Assembly (NCBI RefSeq): GCF_009914755.1
Contig: NC_060925.1
Strand: one strand, 5' to 3'
DNA: 64,000 nt
Source of the DNA: the human T2T-CHM13v2.0 reference genome, Homo sapiens
Shown piece by piece: positions 46,940-57,425 of this stretch. The first letter of the stretch is position 1. Each line of letters starts with the position of its first letter. The notes under the pieces are model-generated. The model saw nothing but the letters and a program-made list of their open reading frames with translations, searched no databases and was not told the DNA's origin. The translations under genes were made by a program, and so were the position numbers.

Positions 46940-48881
46940 AGTGGCTGCTTTAGTTTGCCTTTTATTTTACCAAAAATAACAACAATAAAGTCTTCCCTCT
47001 GTTTCATAAAAATAAATTTTCCAACCCTCCCCCTATCCCAGAAATCAGCCCTTGCCACAGCCTAGAATCCATCATGCAAGTCACAGCACTCTGGGAAAAG
47101 CTCCTACTACCCTCGCTCCACAGCCTCTGGCAAAGCTGCCAGGCCACTCTGGAGGCGGCAGAGGCAGAAGTCCCAGGCCCAGCTGGCTGGGCCCAAGAGC
47201 TCCATCTGTTTCCCCAAAGTACAGGCAGCTTCTAGGCCATTGAGTGGGGCATGATATTGGATGCTTGGCTCAGGAAACAACCCCAGCCAACCCAAGGGGC
47301 AGTGGGACATGTTGGCCTCAGGTTAGAAATTATTGCTCAAAGCAGAAACAGTTGTGTCCTAGAGAGGGTCTGTTAAACCCTCTTTCCATGTGTATCTCTA
47401 TGTAGCAATTGATGGGCCCTGCGGTCAGGATCCCTGGTTTCTCCAGCTCCATGAATGCCTCCCTGTGAGGCCCTGGACAGTTTCTCCCTCTTCTTCTCCT
47501 GGCTTCAGTTTCCCCGTATGTACATTGAGACAGTAAGACTGGATGATTCTCAGGTTCCCTCTGGCTTTCCATTCTGGCATCCCAGAGTGGAGGCTCTGGG
47601 AGGGCAGAACCCTGTTCCTGCCTCAGTTTCCCCACCTGTGGGTCTGCGTATAGGGCTGGGTATGGAGGTACTGAGTAATGGAGTGCTGCGTGAACATCCC
47701 AGTCTCCCTGTGGATAGCTGTGCTGTGAGATCCAACTGGCTGGAATGTGTCAGGGATGGCTGGGAAGGAGGCAGGTACTTTTAGGATGGAGGATCTCCAT
47801 GCCTGGAAGAGTCCATTCACCAACTACATCCTCAATGTGCTGGGATGGGAGACAAGACTCCAAAGTTCCCAATTCAAGTTCCACAAGCTCCTTGGACGGG
47901 GAGATTATTTTGTGCTGGGCTTCAGATCCGAGGAGCCAGGTCTGTAGATTCTGGGAGCTAGAGTGGAGTATATGATTCCCAGATGAAGGGCCAGGGGACC
48001 TTTGTGTACTTGAGGGATCATCTCCAACCCCCAGGAGGACACGTATAATACAGGCCTTCTTGGAGGCAGAGGGATGAGTAAAATGTCAGCTCATGGGCAT
48101 CTCTGGGTAAGAGAATCAGAGCCTGTGTCTGCAGTGGGTCGGTTTAGGAACTCAAGGCAAGGCTCCTCTTCCTACCTTCCCCCAGCTCTCCAGGACTCAT
48201 GCTGATGGAAGAGTGTAGCCTGGAAGGTTTGAATGTAGAGCAACATCTACAACCACATTTTTGTGCACTTACACACATGGTCAGATACACTGAGTGGGGA
48301 CGCTGAGCTGTCATCACTCCTACAGTGGACATGGTCTGATGGTCCCATGGTCTGATGGTCCCAATCTATTTATCCATCCATCCAACATTTATGGAAGGCC
48401 TACTATGTGCCAAGGAGGGGTAAGGCAGCTAGCTCTCACAGACACACCCCACAGTGAAAATCACACACACACACACACACCCCGGCATCTGTGCTCACTC
48501 ACAGGCAGACTGCTCACTTTCTTGCACCTTTCTTGCCATCACCTCGGCCACACCCACATTCCTCCAATAGGCTTGGGAACCAGCATGGAAGGGTCAAGTG
48601 TCATAGAAGAAACCCCCTAGCCTACCCTACTCCCAGACTTCATGCCAGAGGTTTAACTCCACTTCCCTTCTGTTTGCCTGCCTAGATGCTCTCCCCTTCT
48701 CCATCCACAAGCGGTCAGGGCGACAGGTAGGCAGACTCCTGAGAACCAGAAGTCCAGAGGCTTTGGGTGTGTGGAGTGATTCCAGTGCCTTCAGATTCCT
48801 TCAGGCTCCTGGGGGTCCCCTCTGCCAGCCACCCTATGTTCAGATCGTCCATCTGATGGCCAAAAAAGTCCAGACCTGGGC
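46940..48881 (-). other. MOB3C: MOB3C 3'UTR (end approximate)
   Basis: Nearly repeat-free stretch between TGA (48882) and AATAAA (46961). Confidence 0.7.
46961..46966 (-). terminator. MOB3C: MOB3C poly(A) signal AATAAA
   Basis: tttatt on +, with U-rich sequence upstream on the minus strand, ~1.9 kb after the stop. Confidence 0.7.
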
Positions 48882-48911
48882 TCAGTGGCAGATCCGCTCT
48901 GTCATCTCCCT
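48882..48911 (-). CDS. MOB3C: MOB3C last coding exon (REMTERICH*)
   Basis: tacAG|AGG acceptor, TGA at 48882-48884; total CDS 418+203+30=651 nt, 216 aa. Confidence 0.95.
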   Translation of the reverse strand, partial: REMTERICH

Positions 48912-49228
48912 CTGTAGAGACACAAGGTAGGGAGGGGTCAATTAGAGCTCAGCCTACTAGGCAATCCCTTCCCAAACCATAGGGCCTAGCTGCTCTTCTG
49001 TCTGAGCCTGGCCTTCCCCCAGCAACCCCAACTCTTAGGCTGCAGATCTGGGTTTGTAAACCAACACTTGAATGAATTCTCTATTGAAGTACAGAATTCA
49101 CTGTTAAATGAATTGCCTTCCCCTAATTCATCTACTTGGGCGTTGGAGTTACTTAAAGCAGGCAGCTTTTGGACGTGAAAACTCAGAGGCTAGCCTTGGT
49201 AGGGGAGGGTGGTAGGGCTTGGCCTCAC

Positions 49229-49907
<679 letters not shown>

Positions 49908-51655
49908 CATACTTTTCTTTCTAATGAAGCACAAATCTGACTGTGGCTCTCCCCTGCTGGAATATACATCATCTTCCACATTTTCCCATTACCTAAAGCA
50001 GGGCTTTGCAAACTTGTGGGGGTCACTGACCAACCCTTTTTAGACTATGATAGAAGTTACGACCTAAACTCTCCCCAGAAATATGTGCAATTGCAGAGAT
50101 GCTCACATCACACTCTTGTATACAACTCCAAGGAGAGTTCAAAAACTGGGTCCCTTTAAAAAATCCCTGGGCCTTCAGGATTAAGTCCTAACTTTCCAGC
50201 AGGACGCTGCTCAAGGCCTTTCATGATCTTATCCTGACCTCCCTCTCTAGCCCCACCCCATGTCCCTCCTCTTTTCAACATTCACACAGAAGTCCTCAGA
50301 CCCCCAATCCTGGAAATTATGAATTCTGCAAGAGTTAGTTCAGACAGCCCTCATTCCTTCAAATATTCAACAACACGAAGAACCTTCCATTTATGAGCAA
50401 GGCCTTGTGCTGGGCCCTTCACACCTTTTGCCTCTAATCCTTAGAACAATTCGCCTGATGTGTCTGATTGTCACTTTAGATATGATAAAACAGAAGTGCT
50501 TATAAAGGTGAAGCTGCTAGCCCAAGGCCACATAAGTATTAATCAGTGCAGAATGGAGACTGGATTCAGACCCTCTTTGCAGTGCACTGCAGCGACCCTC
50601 ACAGATATTGGGACCCATGAAAAAGGCCCCGCTTCTGCATAGTCCCCCATGCTCAAGGCAGAGATCTTGGTGGCTTATGCCCTCTTCTCTGTGTGGCAGT
50701 CACCCAGGGTTTTAGGCATCGATACCTGGAGTCCCACAGGCCCAGGGAGGTATGGCCAGCAGGGACTATGAATCTACATTCAGGTCCACAGCTGGCCCAC
50801 CCGGCTCTGTAGACCCCCTCCTCTTCCTCACCATTCCCAGGTGGGGTCGAGCCTTCCCTCCCTCTGAGCCCCTCCAGCCCAGCCCAGATTCCTCAGACAT
50901 ATCCTGCCCATGTAGACTTGGGGTCCTGGGCTCCCACAGATCTGAGCCCCAGTTCGGAATTCCTCCCAGTTCAGTGCACTTTCCCTCAGTAGCCTCAAGT
51001 TTCCTCCTATGTAAAATGAAGGTGCTCCTTGTCGGGCATGACAGTGCAAGAAACAGCAGGCCACTGGCTGGGGAGGAGCCGTGGGCATTGAATTGTGACT
51101 CAGTGCCCAGCTTCCTTCAGCATTCAGACTTCTCCCCTCAGGGCTTGACCACCCTGCCCCACCCACCGCTGATCCACACAGCCTCTGCAGAGATGAGCTC
51201 CAGGCCAGGTGGGGGCTGGGCCCAGCTACAGGTGCGGCTGGTGTGATGAACACAGTGTCATGCCTGCTCAGCTCCTGGACCAACAACCCCCTCCTGCTGC
51301 CCTCGGGTGGGTAAGCAGTGCCTGGGTGACATCACTCATCTCCCCTCCCTACCCTCACCCGCCCAGGCTGCCCAGCTGAGATAAGAAAAGGCCCCACAGC
51401 CTGTGCCTGGCAAGGGAAAATTCTGCCCTCAGAGCCCCAATCTGAGGTGATGATACCACCAGGGCCCACCCAACCACCAACTCCCTCCTTTTCCTGAGGC
51501 CAGGAGTCAGAGGGAACCCCGGGAGGCTGGAGGTCAAATCAGCTATGAACACCTCGGGGCAACTGTTCTGGAAGGTTCTGAGAATCACAGCATCTGTGGT
51601 CTTGCCAGAGTGGTCCTTGGTGGGACCACTTATGCTTTAGAAAAGAAAAGCCCTC

Positions 51656-51930
51656 TGAGGTGGGTGGATCACCTGAGGTCAGGTGTTCGAGATCAGCCTG
51701 GCCAATGTGGTGAAACCCTGTCTCTACTAAAAATACAAAAATTAGCCAGGCGTGGTAGTGGGTGCCTATAATCCCAGCTACTCAGAAGGCTGAGGCAGGA
51801 GAATCGCTTGAACCCGGGGGGCAGAGGTTGCAGTAAGCTGAGATCTCACCACTGGGTGAAAGAGCGAAACTCCGTCTCAGAAAAGAAAAAAAAAAAAAAA
51901 AAAGAAAGAAAGAAAAAGAAAAGAAAGAAA
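51656..51930 (+). mobile_element. 5'-truncated AluSx with (GAAA)-rich tail
   Basis: AGAAAAGCCC on both flanks. Confidence 0.9.
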
Positions 51931-52129
51931 AGCCCCAAATTGGGAGTCAGGAAGTCCTAGCAAATGCTTGACCTTGAGCAAGGCACTTAACCTGTTTCAA
52001 CCTCGCTTTCCTCTTCCACAAAATGGGGATGAAAATCAACCCCCAACCCTGCAGAGTGTCTATATCAAACTAAATCCTCATCTGTGGAATGGGCTCCCAG
52101 TGGCTCCCTCCCCGCCAGGTGACACTCAC

Positions 52130-52547
52130 CAACACGCGTGGGAAAGACCTCTTCGTCGTTGATGAGGCCTTCGATCCAGTCCATGAGCAACGCCATATAG
52201 CGCGGCGCAGAGAGCTTGGCGGGCCGCCGGTACTGGCGCTCGTCCTGCCAGCGGTACTCGTAGCGGGGCCCGCCGGCCATGACCGGGCAGCTGGTCTCAC
52301 TGCAGCGCTCCGCCATAGTGCCGTAGATGAGGTTGATGCGGTTGAAGAAGTCCACCACGTGCACGGCGATCCAGTCGTCGATGTTCTCCCCGGGTGGTAG
52401 CCTCACCACACTGCGCAGGTCCAGGCCCGACTTGAGAGAGGCCTGTGCCTTCTTGTACAGCTCAAAGCGCTGTGTGCCCGGCTCAAAGCGCTTCCGCGGC
52501 CGGAACGTCTTGTCCTTGGCGAACACCTGCTTCAGGCACAGGGCCAT
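52130..52547 (-). CDS. MOB3C: MOB3C exon 2 coding part (MALCLKQVF...FPTRV), MOB kinase activator 3C; exon starts at ~52597
   Basis: GCCATGG Kozak start, Mob1/phocein motifs ([27 protein letters not shown]), TTG|GTGAGT donor; CpG-rich exon. Confidence 0.98.
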
Positions 52548-54242
52548 GGCCAGCTGGGCCTGGGGCTGCTGTCCAGGGGCTCGGACCTGAGGATACCCTG
52601 CCAGGGACAAGGGCATAGGGGAGCTGGCGGTCAAGGCCTTATCATCTGGGCTCTGACTTCCCAATTCATCATTTCCCTGTCACCTCTCAGCCTTTGCTCA
52701 ACCTCTGCATCCTCTGCCTGGAATCTAAGTCCTCAGCCCCTAGGTCCAGTGCCCCGCCCTCTTTCCAGGCTATGTTAGTCCCCCTTGCTAAGCCCCCACA
52801 GTCCTCCCATCTTGCTTTGTCTCTTTTCTGCTTTCATTGCAGAGCTGGGCCTGGGCTCTAAACAGGTGCCCCTCAGACTTGCTGTTGGTCACGAGAGAGG
52901 TCGCAGAGGCTCCCTGCAGGCCCACCAGCAGACAGGGGCTTGGACGAGATGACCTCTGGGAGCCCCCTTGGCCAGCTGGTGCAACGTGGGAGAGCCTCGC
53001 AGCATTGTGCTGGGGGCAGGGTGGAGGGGGGTCGGGGGTGGCTTTCGGCTTCCTCTGGGATATCCCGTAGTCCATCCGGCCACCGGGGATTCCCAGGGAG
53101 CAGCAGGGAACTTTTCTACCAAAAATGTCCTTTCCTTTTTTTTCACCCTGAAAGAGGAAAGGGCCCTCCCGCTGCCAGCTGGGCGGCTTCTGAGTGTGGC
53201 TGCAAGCACTGGAGGAGGGGGAGGGCGGCAGGCCAATGAGGGCGTCGCTTCCTCTGACAACAGCTGGAGATCCTTCCCCTCAAGCCAGCCTCCTCCAGCC
53301 CCAAATCTGAACAAGCCACTGGCTCCTCCCGTTGCACCTGACACTCAGTAGACATTCCTCTAGCAACTACTATGTGCCTGGCACTGGGAGGTAGAAGAGT
53401 ATAGTCAGATGCACCCAGGAGGGCCCATCTAGAGCTCAGGCAAATTTACTTTGCCTCCTAGAATTTAAGGATCCCAGATTCAGAACAAATTTTGGGAGAC
53501 AGTGATCAGGGCCCTAGGCTCAGAGGCAGGAGTCCTGGGTTCTAGTCCCAGCTCTACCACTGGCTTACTGGGTGACCCCTGTATCACCATGGATTTAGCC
53601 CATCCAGGTCCTGGGTCACTCTGCTATAGCTAGGTTTCTAAGACCTGAGTCATCTCATCTCAACTGTGAGTGTGTGAGCTACTGGGAAATGCAGACCCAT
53701 GTACCTACCAAAACTAGAATTTAGCCACCCACTAAGCACACTGCCCCTGCCCCTAGACTGAGCACTAAGGCTGAGTATAAGCTAAGAATTGCATTCTGGT
53801 TCCTGGCTGACCTCTGACCTGGGCTCTGGCAAGTGTGAGCCCTGACTCTAGCCTTTAGCCCTACCCTGAGGCTTGCTTATGGCCAAAGCCTGGGCTTGAC
53901 CTCTGACGCTGGAGCACTGTCCTTTCTCACATCTCTGGTAACCCTGGGACAGGATTGGGGAAGGGAGGGTGGGAACCAGGTGACACCTGGGTAAAAGCAA
54001 AGGGATGGCACATATTTCGGGGAGGGGTATTACTTCTGGCAAGAAGTCAAACTAGCTGGGGAGCTGTTTGAGACAAAGGTCCTTCCTTGAACCCACAAAG
54101 GCAGGCCAGGATGGGGGCAGTCTGGTAAAATGAGAGCAGCTTGGAGAGTAGAAACAGGCCATTCAGCAGGAACTTGTTCTCTTGAAAAAAACTCACAGAT
54201 GTGAAAGGTCATCTCATCTATCCCGACTCTTCAACTTCTCAC

Positions 54243-54400
54243 CCAAAGAAGTCCCCAGGGTGGGACCCCAGTTTCCAGAGCAAAGAGATTTCTGTGCTTC
54301 ATTTGCCATCTCCATTTTAAACTCTGCTTGGGGCAAGTGCTTCCAAAATCCCTCACACTGCAATTAGGCGGGGCTCCTGGGCTCCCCACATTGCATGGCC
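54243..54400 (-). other. MOB3C: Candidate alternative MOB3C first exon with in-frame ATG at 54315 (5' end uncertain)
   Basis: AAAATGG Kozak, 24 open codons plus 1 nt, TGG|GTGAGA donor phase-matched to the 52597 acceptor. Confidence 0.55.
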
Positions 54401-55549
54401 CCCTTTATGACAGTTAGAAATAGGCCCCCACCCTGGCATTCAGCACCTTGTCCTACCTTTCCTGCCCCACTTCCCACCTCCCCACACCAACCACCCTGGG
54501 CTTCTTCCTGATTCCTGAACACGCCCCCACTCTTTTGCCTCTGCATGTTTTCTTATCCCTCCACCTGCCTGACCACACATCCTCAGATTGGCTGCTACCT
54601 CCTCCCACAGCCTCCTCTCCTGAACTCAGATCTCCTTCTCCTTGGGTAGAGGCTGCTTTTGGTCATTGCAGTCTCCACTCCATCCCCAACCCACCCCCAG
54701 CTTAGGACAAGGCCTGGCACAAAGTCAGTGTTCAGGCTTTAAGGAAAGCTTAGACTAGAATCTTAGAGTTAAAATAGCCCTGATAGATCAGCTGGCCCAA
54801 CTCACTTGTACAGATGGGGAAACTGAGGCCCAGATGAGGAAACTGAGGCCTAAAAAGAGGACTTGAGGAGCCTGTGTCCACATAGCAAGTTACAAGCAGA
54901 ACTGGGAACTGGGATAAGGTGGGGCTCAGCTCATGACCAAGAGTAAAAGACCATTTTCCTGCACTGGCTCATCAATGGTCTGGTGGAGACAGAGAAGAGG
55001 AGGGGAGTGGAGGGACAGTGGAAGCATCTTCTCCACCAAACAGCCCAACCTGCTTCCTGTCCCCAACACACTGACTCCGCACAGCAACTGGGGTGTCCTG
55101 ACCAGTGAGCTAGAGTTCCACCTTACTCCTGTGGAACTTCAAGGCCTGGGTCTCTTTCCAGGAAAATGTAAGCTCAGGGGGTGGGTGCAGGGCAGGTGCT
55201 CTTCTAGCCACAGGGTTAACTCCCTTCACTCCCCACCCCCATGCCCTCACTGAGTTTCTATCTGTCACAGAACCTCTGTCTCTCCCTGAACCACTGCCGT
55301 TCCCCGTCCTAGCCCCCATTTCCCAGTGATGGCTATCCTTTCACTCCTGGAGTGGCAGTGCCTTGCTCGTTCCCTGGGTGCGGATCTGGGCTTCTCAAAT
55401 GAAGACAGCAGGCTGACCCTACCTGTTTCTGATATTTAGCCCCCTGCTAGGCTACATCTACCACTCCTTGGGCCTGGCCCAGGATCTGGGCCAGAGGATG
55501 GCCCCAGTTTGAACCCAGAATCCATCCTGGGACTCTCTCTAGGACAGAG

Positions 55550-56200
55550 GTCGAAGAGAAAAAGTAGAGGCGAAGACTCCACGCTCTCCTCGCGGCGCGC
55601 AGCCACCCACGCCCACCCCCGGCTTCCCTGCAACCTCAAACCAGCTCCCAGGGCCAGGAAGGTCGTAGGACCCAGAGGAGCCCGCCTGACATTTCCGCTC
55701 CCCGAAAACACGCCCCCCAACCCCTCCCCTCTGCCCCGTACTCCCCCACCCCGACAATCCCCCCCGCAACTTTCGAAGCTCTGAGCCTCGGACGCCAGCC
55801 TCAGGACAGCGGCCAGCCTGCCTTCGGGCGGGACTCTCCTCCGGACTGTGCCACGCCAGGACGGCCGAAGAAATGAAAGTGGAAGCCAGGCGGGCGGGGT
55901 GCGCGGCGAGGCCGCAGGGGCACGGCGCACACTCACGGGTCCTCTTCTGGCCGTGGGGTCACATTCCCAGCCACAGGATCGCCTTTCTCCTGCAGGTCCC
56001 GCAGTGCCTGTTCTCTCTCCTGTCAGCCTGTCCGTCTGCCTGTCCTGCCGGCCGCGGCTGCCCTCCCGCCCCGGGCGACGCCAGCTCCGCCCCGGCCCCG
56101 CCACGCCGCGGCCACGGGGCGGGGAGGGGCGGAGAAAGGGGACTCCCCTCCACTCCAGTACACAGACGCACTCGCCCCCACCTTCCCGGAAAGTCCATAT
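55550..56200. promoter_or_regulatory. MOB3C CpG-island promoter with GC boxes, GAS (56183-56191), kB-like and IRF-like sites
   Basis: CpG density; GGGGCGGGG, TTCCCGGAA, GGGGACTCCC, GAAATGAAAGT. Confidence 0.8.
55937..56160 (-). other. MOB3C: MOB3C non-coding exon 1 (TSS approximate)
   Basis: CCC|GTGAGT donor inside the CpG island, next to GC boxes. Confidence 0.7.
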
Positions 56201-57087
56201 GGGGCTCCCAGCTTCCCCTTGGACAAAGGACTAACTGAGCTGCCCGCCCTCTCGGTGCTTCCTTGGACCTCCACCAAGGAGGCAGCCTCAAGTTCCCAGA
56301 CAGTAAAATGGGAAAACGCTCGGCTTCTTCTGGAGCAGAAACAAGAGCTGCTAGATAAGGGTGGTTTCTTTGCCCTCCTAGAATCGTCTGCGTCACACTT
56401 GTCCCGGGACCCAATAAGGGATCGGGACCGTCCTATCCACTCCCATATCCTCAGCTCCTGGCACATAGCAGGAACTCAAAACCCACTTGATGAATGAATG
56501 AATGGGTGAGTGAAGGAATAAATGAACGCCTTGGGAATCATGAGCTGAGTCCTTCACCCCTGAGGGACAAGCCCCAGACGAGCGCTCAAATCACAAACTT
56601 CATCTCCTCACCAGGGAGGGGGCCTGGCTCAGGTTGGGCTGATTCTCCTTGCTCCTTACCCAGAGTCACCCCATTTCTTATCTCCAGACCCTTATCCCAG
56701 CTGTTCCATTTTAGAATACCTTCTCTCCCTCCTTCCTTCTGACAAATCCAAACCACTCAAGATCTGATCTGCTCTCCCTACCACCTGGGTTCCTTCGAGG
56801 ACAGACAGATATCCCACCAGCATTCAATGCACACCGTGGCCCCCAGGCCCAGGGACCAGTTGGCTGCTCTGTCTGGGATGGGAGGGAAGATTGGAGGCTT
56901 TCTAGGGTAGGAAGCCCAAAGCAGAGAGCTTAGCCATAGAAGCCACTCTGGAGGGGTGGGAGGTGAGTAGATGCGGGTAGGGGAGAGCTGGAGGCCAGAG
57001 GTGGGCATTTACCATGGCACACTGGACCTCCCTTGTGTCTGGACCTTCTGTTGCTGGATGACATGAGAACACGCTAGATCCTTAACC

Positions 57088-57425
57088 CAGATCATATCCT
57101 TTGCAGCAACATGGGCTGGAGCTGGAGGCCATTATCCTAAGCAGACTAACACAGGAATAGAAAACCAAATACTGCATATTCTCACTTACAAGTAGGAGCT
57201 AAACAATGAGAATACATAGATACTAGGAGGGGAACAGCAGACACTGGGGCCTGCTTGGGGGTGGAGGGCGGGAGGAGGGAGGATGAGACAAAAATACCCA
57301 TCAGGTACTATGCTGCTTACCTCGGTGATGAAATTATCTGTACACCAAATCCCCATGACACAGAGTTTACTTATATAACAAACCTACACATGTACCCTTG
57401 AACCTAAAATAAAAGTAAAGAAAGA
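57088..57425 (+). mobile_element. L1 3' end (old L1PA/L1PB-like)
   Basis: tcctttgcagcaacatgg...gccattatcctaagc...aacaaacctacacatgtacc...aaataaaagt. Confidence 0.88.

Noticed and set aside
52598-52664. N-terminal MGSQSPDD... part of the 199-aa MOB3C ORF
   Set aside because: Starts at a TTG and lies upstream of the exon 2 acceptor, so it is intronic
55436-56466. Long overlapping ORFs (222, 151, 147, 128, 121 aa) at the MOB3C promoter
   Set aside because: GC-rich CpG island with few stops; Arg/Gly/Pro-rich low-complexity translations, no recognisable domain
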